64,000 bases of DNA, from positions 7,690,001-7,754,000 of the forward strand of contig CM075991.1 of NCBI GenBank assembly GCA_038087875.1, in the 5' to 3' direction. Positions within the stretch are counted from its first letter, which is position 1; each line of letters starts with the position of its first letter. The notes under the pieces are model-generated. The model was not told the origin of the DNA and did not search any database. It saw only the letters and a program-made list of their open reading frames with translations. This document shows positions 38,692-50,810 of the stretch, piece after piece. The position numbers and the translations under genes are program-made. The stretch comes from Malacoraja senta (lineage: Eukaryota).

Positions 38692-39076
38692 AAGATTGAA
38701 GATTCAAGATTCAAGAGATTTTATCGTCATGTGTCCCAGATAGGACAATGAAATTCTTGCTTTGCTTCAGCACAACAGAATATAGTAGACATAAATAAAT
38801 GCAGAACAGATCAGTGTGTCCATATACCATTGAATATATATATATATATACACACACATAAATAAGCAGACAAAGTGCAATAGGCTATTAATGTTCGGAG
38901 TTTTGTTTGTTGAGTTTAATAGCCTGATGGCTGTGGGGAAGTAGCTATTCCTGAACCTGGTCATTGCAGTCTTCAGGCTCCTGTACCTTCTACCTGAAGG
39001 TAGCGGGGAGATGAGTGTGTGGCCAGGATGGTGTGGGACCTTGATGATGCTGTCAGCCTTTTTGAGGCAGCGACTG
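38692..39076 (-). mobile_element. Rex1/Babar-like LINE 3' end
   Basis: RCLKKADSIIKVPHHPGHTLISPLPSGRRYRSLKT; sister of 8545-8900. Confidence 0.8.
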
Positions 39077-39184
39077 GAATATTGAGGTGGAATTTTGCGC
39101 TGTTGGACCAGCCCTCCGTGTGAACATGGGACCCAACGGGTCCCACTTAGTCTAGTTTCTAATAAATGCTCTGTAAAAAATATG

Positions 39185-39915
39185 GTAGGAAGGAACTGCA
39201 GATGCTGGTTTAAACCGAAGAGAGACACAAAAAGCTGGAGTAACTCAGCGGGACAGGTAGCACCTCTGGAGAGAAGGAATGGGTGACATTTCGGGTCGAG
39301 ACCCTTCTTCAGACTAGTTGGGGAAAAGGGAAAGGAGAGATATAGATAATGATGTAGAGAGATAAAGAACAATGAATGAAAGATATGCAAAAAAGTAACG
39401 ATGATAAAGGATACAGGCCATTGATAGCTGTTTGTTGGGTGTAAAGAAGAAGCTGGTGCAACTTGGGTGGCGGAGGGATAGAGAGAGAAGGAATGCCAGT
39501 GGAAAGTCTGTGGAATTCTCTGCCTCAGAGGGCGGTGGACGCAGGTTCTCTGGATGCTTTCAAGAGAGAGCTAGATAGGGCTCTTAAAAATAGCGGAGTC
39601 AGGGGATATGGAGAGAAGGCAGGAACGGGGTACTGATTGGGGATGATCAGCATTGATCACATTGAATGGCGGTGCTGGCTCGAAGGGCTGAATGGCCTAC
39701 TCCTGCACCTATTGCCTATTGTCTATTGTCTATTGTCTATTGCCAGGGTTACTTGAAGGGCTAGATAGGGCTCTTAAAGATAGTGGAGTCAGGGGATATG
39801 GAGAGAAGGCAGGAACGGGGTACTGATTGGGGATGATCAACATTGATCACATTGAATGGCGGTGCTGGCTCGAAGGGCTAAATGGCCTACTCCTGCACCT
39901 ATTGTCTATTGTCTA
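39185..39915. mobile_element. Antisense Penelope pLTR containing two tandem CR1 3' tails
   Basis: First CR1 tail 39500-39740 flanked by TGCCAG at 39494 and 39741; second tail ~39760-39915. Confidence 0.75.
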
Positions 39916-40762
39916 TTTAACCCGAAACATCACCCATTCCTTTTCTCCAGTGATGCTGCCTGTCCCACTGAGTTACTCCAGCTTTTTGCGTGTATCTTCG
40001 GGAATTGATCAACATCTGTTCCACCTGTTGCATGCTAATATTTGGATATAATATCCTGCAAAACTCTTAAAGAAGAACCAAGTCATTTCCATGGTATCTG
40101 AAGAAGGGTCCCGACCCAAAATGTCATCTATCCATTCCCTCCACAGAGGCTGCCTGACCCGCTGAGTTACTCCAGCACTTTGTCTTTTGCCCTGATATCT
40201 TATTTGGCATGTCCTGATCAGCCTGTCCTTCTGAACAACCAACAAAAATATTGTTTTGCGATTTTTAAAAATTATATATGAACGGACTATTTGGTTTGCA
40301 GTGCGAAGAAAGAAAGTTAAGAAATAGTTGGAATTGGAACAATGAGCCTGGAGGCCTCTCTCTCTATGTGTCTCTCTCCATGCCAACATTCCTATTTCCA
40401 ACTGCGCCACACTGACAAAAAGCTGAACTATAGTTCCAGAACTGAATTCAGCAGATCATTGCAATTTTAATAGAAATATCAAGCAATTGATGATCCAACA
40501 GAGAGAAGTGAATTAACAGCTGATTAATTATTCAAGTCACAATAGATTTAAATTGCATTAATTAAGTGATATTTTATATCTCTTTAATTGCATTTAACAG
40601 CTGGCCAAATTTATTTTCCTTTGCAATAAAACATGTAGATAGATATGCCTTGGATGGATATGAGATGACGAGGTTCTCCACAGATAATATTTTCCTCTGT
40701 GATATTGGGAAGATATTACCCTGGAAGGATGCAGCTTGGTTAAAAAACACAGTGATGAGTTT

Positions 40763-41580
40763 TGACACTAAAAGCTGGAGTAACTCAGCAGGACAGGCAG
40801 CATCTCTGGAGAGAAGGAGTGGGGGTCCGAGACCCTTCTTCAGACTGATGTCGGGGGAGGGGGCGGTACAGAGATAAAATGTAGCCGGAGACGGTAAGAC
40901 TGGTGGGAGAACTGGGAAGGGGGTGGTGATCGAGAGAGAGGGAAAGCAAGGGTTACTTGAAGTTAGAGAAGCCAATGTTCATACCGCTGGGGTGTAAGCT
41001 ACCCAAGTGAAATATGAGGTGCTGTTCCTCCAATTTGCACTGGGCCTCACTCTGACAATGGAGGAGGCCCAGGACAGAAAGGTCAGAGTGGGGATGGGAG
41101 GGAGAGTTAAAGCAACCAGGAGATCAGGTAGGTTTAGGTGGACTGAGCGGAAGTGTTCAGCGAAACAATCGCCGAGCCTACGCTTGGTCTCACCCATATG
41201 GAGTCCACACTCTTGTCCACGCACTTGTCAACTCCTGTATATCGGCGAGACCAAGTGCAGATCATTTAGCTGATCACCTCCGCTCGGTCCGCCTTAACCT
41301 ACCTGATCTCCCGGTTTATCAGCATTTAAACTCGCCCTCCCATTCCCAATCTGACTTCTCTAACTTCCTATAGCCGTTGCTTTCCCTCTCTCTCCATCCC
41401 CCTCCCCCTCCCCAGTTCTCCCACCAGTCTTACCGCCTCTGACCGCATTCTACCTCTGACCCGCCCACTCCCGTGACTTTCAGTCTGAAGAAGGGTCTCG
41501 ACCCGAAACGTCACCCATTCCTTCTCTCCAGAGATGCTGCCTGTCCCACTGAGTTACTTCAGCATTTTGTGTCTATCTTT
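40763..41580. mobile_element. Inverted pair of Penelope 3' ends (GIY-YIG remnants plus pLTRs)
   Basis: Minus copy ~40763-41196 (GETKRRLGDCFAEH), plus copy ~41225-41580 (LLYIGETK); intact hammerhead core at 41485-41512. Confidence 0.85.
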
Positions 41581-41714
41581 ACTGTGTTCACGTTCGGGGT
41601 TGTGGCTGGAACCTTGATTGCCCACGAGTACCTTGCCAGGTTATTTCAGAAACAAGGAAAGAGTCAGCCTCTGAGCTGAGACTTTAATGTCACGTTAGGG
41701 GTCACGCTAAGTAA

Positions 41715-42026
41715 AGGCCCTGTCCCACTTTCCCGAGTTACTCACGAATTCTCCCGAGTTTTTCCCTTGATTCGAACTCGGAGAATGTCCGTAGCGAGTC
41801 CGTAGCGAGGCCGTAGGAGTCCGTAGCTATTTTCGTAGCGGCTCGTAATGCCAGCCGTAGGTACTCGGGGCATCAGGTAAGTCGGGACGTTTTTTCAGCA
41901 TGTTGAAAAATGTCCACGAGTAAAAAAAATAGCCCCCGAGTACCTACGGCTGGCATCTCCGAGTTTTGAATCAAGGGGAAAACTCTGGAGAATTCGTGAG
42001 TAACTCGGGAAAGTGGGACAGGGCCT
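41715..42026. mobile_element. Harbinger-type MITE, family D
   Basis: About 38 bp of perfect TIR AGGCCCTGTCCCACTTTCCCGAGTTACTCACGAATTCTCC; TAA TSD on both sides. Confidence 0.85.
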
Positions 42027-42377
42027 TAAGAATGGGATGTCCATATCTGCGAAAGATCTGATGACAATACAGCAACTTTGCTTACACTGTTGCTAATTTG
42101 TTCTTATTCCAGTGGGAAGTGAATATTTAGAATTGTTCACCAAAGAAGACGAAGGAGGCCTTCCCCTCCAAATTTAATCCACCTCTACATCCAAATGTAA
42201 TCCATACTAATTTCCTCGTTCTATATCCCTTTTTCACGTTGTGCTGGGGAAATGCAGAGATGACCACCTTTGAGATCTTGCTTCTTAATCTGTTTCCTAT
42301 CACCTTAAAATCTGTCCTCAAGACCCCATCTTTTCTTCCACCTGTACGGTTGGTTTAGTTCAGTTTAGTTTAGCTTA

Positions 42378-42943
42378 AGGGGCTGCCCCACTTGGGCGAC
42401 CTAATTGGCGAGTTTAGAAGAGTTTGAAAAAAATGACATGTTGAAGACCTCCTTCGACTGCGTAGAAGACCACCTTCGACCTCCATCAACTATGTTGAAG
42501 ACTAGCTACGACTAGCTACGAATAACTTCGGGAAAATTGGACACCAAATAGTGGAGAGTGAAGACGACCTCCTTCGATCTCCCTTCGATCTCCCTTCGAC
42601 TATGATGAAGACTATCTACGACTACCTTCAACTACCTTCAACTACCCTTGATTACCTACGACTAACATGCCAACCTACTACGACCTGCTGCGACCTACTA
42701 CAACTAAACCTAAAAAAGTATCGATTTTTTCCATTGTGACCTTTTTTACTCGCGGGCATTTTTTAACATATTGAAAAAAACGCCGCGGCCTAGCTGAAGC
42801 CTCGAGGACGCGGAGACCACTCTCAAGCATGAAGGAGAGTTACGAAGACATCCTACGACCTCGTGCCGACCATGCTGCGAGTATGAGTCGAGGGCAGACT
42901 CGCCAGAACTCGCGGATTAGGTCGCCCAAGTGGGAGAGGCCCT
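42378..42943. mobile_element. Harbinger-type MITE, family A
   Basis: TTA TSD on both sides; collinear with 35981-36513. Confidence 0.85.
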
Positions 42944-43147
42944 TTACTGTCATGTTTACAGAGGTACAGTGAAAAGCTTTTGTTGTGTGCTAACCAGTCA
43001 GCGGAAAGACTATGCATGACCACAATCAAGCCATCCATAGTTTACAGAAACACGATACAGGAATGTTCAGTGCAAGATAAAGTCCCGTAAAGTCCGATCA
43101 AAGATAGTCTGAGGGTCTTCAATAAGGTAGATGGTAGCTCAGGATGG

Positions 43148-43671
43148 GGATTTCAAATATGTTCGAAACATTACACCTAGAAGAGATAAGACTCCTCATA
43201 GCAGGTAAACCAGATCACTTCCACCTGACGTGGTCTGCATTTATAGAATTATTACAAATATAGGGTGCAAAGGTACCTTAAAAAAAATTGAGGTCAGGTA
43301 ATGGGGGATGATAGTTGAAGAGTTGGTATGTCCCATTTGCGTAATGCTCATAAAAAATATTTGTTTCTCTCTTTTTCCTCTTTCTCTTTCTCCTTCTTTT
43401 CTAGGGTCTATTTCTTAACTGTTTTTCTTTTGTTTTTAATTTTGTTCTTATAGGGTCTTCGTCCTTTTTTGTTGTCACATTTTCTACACTCTCACTTTTT
43501 CCTTCACTTTCTTCTTTCTTTCAATCTTATCCTTTCCTTTTACTAGTGTAAAAAACAAATGGAGTACATTAATTGTAAGAAGACATAAGTGACGAGTACT
43601 AATGTATGTGGTTGTAATGTAATGTACTTCTAATAAATAAAAAATTAAAATAAAAAAATAAAAATAAAAAA
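43148..43671 (+). mobile_element. L1-clade LINE 3' end inserted into a Rex1-type tail
   Basis: ISNMFETLHLEEIR..G..F..TWSAF C-terminus, T-rich 3' UTR, AATAAA plus A tail, 7-bp TSD AGGATGG at 43141-43147 and 43672-43678. Confidence 0.75.
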
Positions 43672-44715
43672 AGGATGGCTCTCTGAGCTGCTATCTACCT
43701 CATTATAGACCTCATTGGTATCCAAATGGATACCGATCTGGACCACAGCCCTGTTCTCTCAGCAACTCTACCGCTGAGCCATGATGCTACTCCTTGCTGA
43801 GTGTTTCCAGCATTTTCTGCTATTCCTTCAAAATACAGTTTGTATGATAATGTTGCACAGCAGAACCTCGGGGCATTTTACTGCCCTAAAGATATGGTAT
43901 TATTGTTGTTGACCCAAATCAATTCATACCCTGGAAAGAACTGCAGTTGCAGAATAGCAGTCGGCTAGATGTAGCAAAGATCATTCTGACAACATCATTT
44001 TCCAATTTAAAAGAAAACCATCTATGGTCTGCTATTTATGCAAATGTCCTTTCCATGCAAATTACAAATGTTTAGTATTGGCAATGCTTAATGAATGTGC
44101 AACTTCCCCCAAAAGAAGTAATCTCAGTTTGAAGAACTTTTCCAAGCGAATGCAGTTGTCAGAATCATATTGACAGAGGGAAAGTTTGGGATTAATAGAA
44201 TCGTAGAGTCATACAGCATGGAAACGGGTCCGTCGGCCCAGCTTGCTCACACCGACCAACATGTCCCATCTACACCAGTCCCACCTGCCTGCGTTTGGCC
44301 CACTTTATATATGCTGTCTGTACGGAGTTTGTACCTTCTCCCCGTGACCGAGTGGGATTTCCCTGCACACTTGGTTTCCTCCCACACTACAAAGACGGAC
44401 AGCTTTGAGGGTTAATTGGCTTTGGTAAAAAAAATTGAAAATTGTCCCTAGTGTGTAGGATAGTGCAAGTGTATGGGAAATGCTAGTTGGAGCAGACTGG
44501 GTGGGACGAAGGGCTTGTTTTCACGCTGGATCTCAAAACTAAACTAAACTAGAGGTGCTTGCAATGTTTCTTTAAAAGACATTTAAGACAGATTTCAACA
44601 GTTAAAAACTCAAATCTAAAAAAAGACAATAATAAAATGAATGAAAATGCCTTTAACTGCTGGAAATGAATTAAAAAGATTAAAACAAATAAAAACAGAC
44701 CCCTTTATTAGTCAA

Positions 44716-44944
44716 AGGTAGACTAAAATGCTGGAGAAACTCAGTGGGTGAAGCAGCATCTATGGAGAGAAGGAATAGGCGACATTTCGGGTCAAGACCC
44801 TTCTTCAGAATCAGTCTGAAGAAGGGTCTCGACCCGAAACGTCACCTATTCCTTCTCTCCACAGATGCTGCCTCACCCGCTGAGTTTCTCCAGCATTATT
44901 GTCTGCCTTCGATTTTTCCAGCCTCTGCAGTTCTTTCTTAAACT
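44716..44944. mobile_element. Palindromic Penelope pLTR pair with 12-bp TSD
   Basis: TSD TTTATTAGTCAA at 44704-44715 and 44945-44956; hammerhead cores back to back. Confidence 0.85.
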
Positions 44945-45360
44945 TTTATTAGTCAAGGTCAGTGACTTTGTGAATGGTACATCGGGCAGTCGAGGGGAAG
45001 GTCAGGTGGTTCAGAACACTGCAACCTTCGGAGAAAGTTACAGATTTAAAACGTCACAGGCACTTGTGAGAGTGTGTGACCTCCAGCTTGTCTCTGCCTT
45101 CAGTGTGCAGGCATGGAGGTCCGAGATGACCTGAGGGAGAACAATGCCAGATATCCCACACAGAGTCGTCAGCAGGATGTTTGTACCTTAGTGCCCAGTG
45201 ATCTGATACTCTATATTAGTCTGAAGAAGGGTCTTGACCCAAAACATCACCTGTCCATTCTCTCCAGAGATGCTGCCTGACCTGCTGATTTATTCCAGCG
45301 TTTTGTGTCCTTCTGTGTATTAAACCAGCATCTGCAGTTCCTTCCTTCTATTCTATTTTA

Positions 45361-45635
45361 GTAATGTTGGTCGAGGGATAAATGTTGGCCGGGACAGATC
45401 GGATAAGTCTTCTGCTTGTCTTCCCGACCGTGCTGTGGGATGCTTCATGTCCAGTTGAGAAAGCAGATGAGGAATCAGTTTAATAGCTTTTCCAAAAGAT
45501 GGCACCTCCATCTGTGCGGCCCTCCCTTGTGACCTGATCAGATTGTTAGCTCGGATTTCTGCTCGTGCACTCAGGTCTCTGCAAAGGCACTTAAACCCAC
45601 AACCTTCCAACACAGAAGTGAAAGCCAGCACCACC
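45361..45635 (-). mobile_element. DeuSINE (SacSINE1-like), long degenerate copy
   Basis: GAGGGATAAATGTTGGCC..GGGAT..CAGTTTAA..AAAGATGGCACCTCC..AACCCACAACCTTC matches the recalled antisense SacSINE1 consensus. Confidence 0.65.
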
Positions 45636-45884
45636 AGGGCAATGCAGGAACAAAGACAAATAGTTCATGAGTGCCAATTGAAGATAAGACTGAAGTTTGC
45701 CTTCTCAGTGCCTGCGGCATTTTAACTCTGCAACTTTCCCCGAAAGTTGGAGAGTTTTTGTTCTGTGCCAGCCCTCTGTATATTCTTGATTGGTGCGGGT
45801 GTCAGGGTTTATGGGGAGAAGGCAGGAGAATGGAGTTAGGAGGGAGAGATAGATCAGCCATGATTGAATGGCGGAGTAGGCTTG

Positions 45885-46173
45885 TGTAGGAAGGAACTGC
45901 AGATGCTGGTTTAAACCAAGATAGACACAAAAAAAAACTCAGGTCATAAATGCTATGAGCAGAATTAGGCCATTCGGTCCATCAAGTCTATTTCGCCAAA
46001 GATAGGCACAAAAAGCTGGAGTAACTCAGTGGGACAGGCAGCATCTATGGAGAGAAGGAATGGGTGACGTTTCGGGTCAGAAGAAGGGTCTCAACCCGAA
46101 ACATCACCCATTCCTTCTCTTCAGAGATGCTGCCTGTCCCGTTGAGTTACTCCAGCATTTTGTGTCTATCTTT
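45885..46173. mobile_element. Complex Penelope pLTR insertion in a CR1 3' tail
   Basis: Target GGCG(G/A)AGTAGGCTTG duplicated at 45870-45884 and 46174-46188. Confidence 0.75.
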
Positions 46174-48616
46174 GGCGAAGTAGGCTTGATGGGCCGAATG
46201 GCCTAATTCCGCTAGTGGCAGTTATGACCTGCTATCTGTCACCATCACCTCCTCAAGAAAAGGCTCGGAAATATTGTTGGAAAAAGTCAACCCACCATTC
46301 AAATGTGCTTCCACCCCCTGCCACCACCCCTCTCCGTCAGACGCTGGAGTTCTCAGCTCTATCCCAATCCAAGCATATGCTATTGAAATAATTCATGCGC
46401 CTCTGAATGTTTTTATGGAGTGTTTTATAAGCTTATACAAGCAACAAATTTTTCAGATTTTAATCAAATGTCATATTTCACAACATGGCAAGTGACTCAT
46501 GACTATTAATCTCTTCCTTCCCTTTGAAAAGTAGCACTCTGTAAATCAGATGTCTAGAGATCTGTCAAGAAATATTGAAATGTAACTTGAAAGATGATGT
46601 CTCCTCTGCTGTTCTTCAATATCCCTCCGGTTTTTATTGCTAAGCAAATACAACTCGGCCATAAATCATCCTTAATGCAGCTCCGAAACGGCAGCGCTCA
46701 CATGACTGAAGTCCCCTTCTAATGCGGAGAGAAGAAAGACGGTGAACGCAGACCAAAAAGACCCCCGTCATGTTGCAGCTCGAGCAAGTAAGAGATGGTT
46801 TTGTTTCGATGGAGCTTGGTTGAGTTGCAAAGACAGGTACAAACGCTGCTACCATCAGTGGGAGGACACCATAAGTGATGGATGTACAAGCTGTCCAAAC
46901 AGAAGTTAACTCAAAACTTGAAAATGTGGATATATAAAATAACAATACCACCTACCAGGTGAAAAAGTCTGAAAAATAACCCCTCACAACATGACATTGT
47001 ATATCAGTACATATCATAACTCTCAATAGTCAATAAGGCTTTATTTGTCACAAGTGCAAATGCACAGTGAAATTCAGTTTGCATATATTACACTATGTTT
47101 GTGTTCAATTTTTATTGTGTATTGTGTGTTCTTTTTGATTGTACCACTGCTGGTAAATTCATTTCACTGCACTTTATTGTGTATGTGATGAATAAATCTG
47201 ATTGATTGATTGATTGATTGATTACACATGCGGGCGCAGACATTATTGGCGCCATTATTCAACGTGCAAAGTCCGGTCGGCTCCGGCACTCGGCGAACTG
47301 GAACTGTTCCCGCGAACCGACGTCCCTCTCCCTGCCCGGCCATCTTGGTGTCGCTGGGGCGCCTCCTGCAGCCTACCCGAAGGCGCTGCAGGTTCATCCT
47401 CCTCCCGGCCCTTGCTCCTCCTGCGCGCTCCACATCTCCAGCTACACAGTCTGCACATATGTGTAGATAGGAGAAAGTTCATCTAAACGTACACAGCACA
47501 GAAGCAAGCCCTTCGGCCCAACATGTCCGTGCCGACCATCTAGGAGTGTGTAGGAAGGAACTGCAGATACTGCTTTAAACCACAGATAGACACAAAAAAG
47601 CTGGAGTAACTCAGCGGGACAGGCAGCATCTCTGGAGAGAAGGACAGGGTGACATTTTGGGTCGAGACCCTTCTTCAGGGTGGCTTGCTTGGCTGAATGG
47701 TTGTCCACCTTCCTCGTCGTTCTATGGTCCCAACTGATCCCAGAACTGAAGCCTCAGCTCATCGTGTCTGCGGTTTACTACAGCTGAAGTGATCCAGAGA
47801 GCAGGATGCTGCAGATTGCCTGGTTCAACTCAATAAACAGCCGCGTGCGATTCGAAAAATGTCAAAGAATTATACATTGAATCAGAGCAAAGTGTTTGGA
47901 GTTATGAAGGTAATCAGTAAGTTGGTAAGTCTTTTTTTTGTTGCCCCAAATTGGTAACAAACAGCTGAGATCATGATTCTGAGCACGGCAGGCCATGTGA
48001 GACTTGAACAGGAGCACAAGTTTTGTTTTCTACTTTGGAATAGCAAATTTAGGAAATCGATTGGAACTAGTCACGTTGAATTTAGCTTCCAGGAGATAAT
48101 TTGCAAAGGAACTAATGAAACCTATGAGCAGGAAGGGGAATGAAAGCGGTAAATTACACAGTGTGATTAGCAAGCACGGAGCATCGCAATAGGAGCTGTT
48201 CTTCTGAAACTCCACTCCTGAAATTGACTTCAGTGTTGAGCAAAGTTTTGGATTTGGAGTGCAGCACAACAGCCAGCACAAATGTCAAAGTCTCCCTGAT
48301 TATAGAAGCAGCACAAAGCGAAGAATAAACATGAGGGAAGGCAGCCTGCCATTGATCCTGTCAGCCACAGGATCTGATAATCTCTGGGAGAGAGTGAAAG
48401 GTTTCATACTTGTACGAGCACCTAATTGAAGGGATGATTTTAACAAGTAGCTAAAGACAGTAAATGTCGGGAGTGGAGATCGTGCCAGACTTCAACTCTA
48501 AATCTGGGCCCAGGATAATTTAAGTGGAGCACCAGGATTTATTGCGGATTGAAAAGATCACGCTCTAAAGATGGTTCAGATGCCAGGAACGTGGAGCTTG
48601 ACACTCTATTGCCAAG

Positions 48617-48900
48617 TGAGGCACAGTGGCGCAGCGGTAGAGTTGCTGCCTTACAATGCCAGAGAACCTGGTTCGAACCTGACTACTGGTGCTGTCTGTA
48701 CGGAGTTGGTACGTTCTCCCTGTGACCGCGTGGGCTTTCTCTGGGTGCTCTGGTTTCCCCCCACACTCCAAAGACGTGTAGGTTTGTCGGTTAATTCTGT
48801 AAATTGTAAATTGTTCCTAGTTTCTAGGATAGTGCAGAGCGATTGCTGGTCGACGCAGACTCGGTGGGCCGAAGGGCCTGTTTCCAGGTTATATCCCTGT
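48617..48900 (+). mobile_element. HE1-like V-SINE
   Basis: Family consensus match. Confidence 0.85.
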
Positions 48901-49162
48901 ATCTGTACCTGCACCAAGGCTGGGCACAACATGTCCAGATATATGACCTCTCAAATATTATCTAAAGTCTAACATAAGCAAGGAGACAGATGGAACTTTG
49001 AGGCTGGATGAAAGGCATATCTGTGAGAAAATTGTGCCATCACACAGTCCCTGGCTTAAGATGCACAAGAATACAGAAAAGTGAGAAGAACTGTGAGGAG
49101 AAGTTCCATCCATTTAAGAGTGTCTCATTCTTACATCATCCCTCAATACGTTGCAGCATGCT

Positions 49163-49905
49163 GATTACTATCTAAATGGCATCAAGTTGGGAAAAGGGGA
49201 AGTACAACGGGATCTGGGGGTCCTTGTACATCAGTCTATGAAAGTAAGCATGCAGGTACAGCAGGGAGTGAAGAAAGCGAATGGCATGTTTGGCCTTTAT
49301 AACAAGAGGAATCGAATATAGGAGCAAAGAGGTCCTTCTGCAGGTGTACAGAGCCCTAGTGAGACCACACCTGAGTATTGTGTGAAGTTTTGGTCCCCTA
49401 ATTTGAGGAAGGACATTCTTGTTATTGAGGGAGTGCAGCGTAGGTTTACAAGGTTAATTCCCGGGATGACGGGACTGTATATGCTGAGAGAATGGAGCAG
49501 CTGGGCTTGTACACTCTGGAGTTTAGAATGATGAGAGGGGATCTCATTGAAACATATAAGATTGTTAAGGGCTTGGAAACATGTTCCCGATGTTGGGGGA
49601 GTCCAGAACCAGGGGCCACAGTTTAAGAATAAGGAGTAAGCCATTTAGAAGGAGATGAGGAAACACTTTATCTCACAGAGAGTTGTGGGTCTGTGGGATT
49701 CTCTGCCTCAGAGGGTGGTGGAGGCCGGTTCTCTGGATACTTTCAAGAGAGAGCTAGGATAGGGCTCTTAAAATAGCGGAGTCAGGGGATTATGGGGAGA
49801 GGGCAGGAACGGGGTACTGATTGGGGATGATCAGCCATGATCACATTGAATGGCGGTGCTGGCTCGAAGGCCGAATGGCCTACTCCTGCACCTATTGTCT
49901 ATTGT
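49163..49905 (+). mobile_element. CR1 3' fragment with many indels
   Basis: DYYLNG..RDLGVLVHQS..; CTATTGT tail. Confidence 0.9.
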
Positions 49906-50490
49906 CATTAAAAAAACCATATTTACAATGTCATGTGATACAACAATTGATTCATTCATGTCCGAGACATTAAATATAACAGATAAATGATTTATTAATT
50001 CTTTGAATGCCGTAAGATTGAGGAGGACCAAGGGACAGAGAATTCCTTGAATTATTTTGAGAGATACAACAATATGAATGTGGTGGTTTAATGTTCAGTT
50101 CTTTAATTCTAGAGTCCCTCTTGCACCCAGAGTCTCTGCTATTTGAGCATGAAGATCTTCTTCACCAAGGAGACAGTTTCTTCCCAGCTGTCATCAGGTA
50201 ATGGAACCATCCTACCAACAACTAGACAGCAGTCCTGAGCGATCATCTACCTCATTGGAGAGCCTCAGACTATCTTCAATCAGACTTTACTGGACATAAT
50301 CTTGCACTAAACATTATTGTTTCTATCCTGTATCCGTACACTGTGGATGGCTTGATTGTAATGTATAGTCTTTCTGCTGACTGGATAGCATGCAACAAAA
50401 TAACTTTTCGTTGTACCAATCAAGTAATAATCAACTAAACTAAACTAAGCTGAACTGAACTAAAGGGGAGGCCATTTTTTCCCCTCTACT

Positions 50491-50810
50491 TTAGCTTAGT
50501 TTAGTTTAGAGATACAGCGCGGAAACAGGCCCTTCGGCCCACCGGGTCCGCGCCGACCATCAATCCCCGCATATTAACACTATCCTACACCCACTCGAGA
50601 TAATTTTTGCATTTACCAAGCCAATTAACCTACATGCCTGAACGTCTTTGGTGTGTTGGAGGAAACCAAAGATCTCAGAGAAAACCCACGCAGGTCACGG
50701 GGAGAACGTACAAACTCCGTACAGACAGCACACGTAGTCGGGATCGAACCCGGGTCTCCAGCGCTGCATTCGTTGTAAGGCAGCAACTCTACCGCTGCGC
50801 CACCATGCCA
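50491..50810 (-). mobile_element. HE1-like V-SINE
   Basis: Family consensus match, antisense. Confidence 0.85.
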
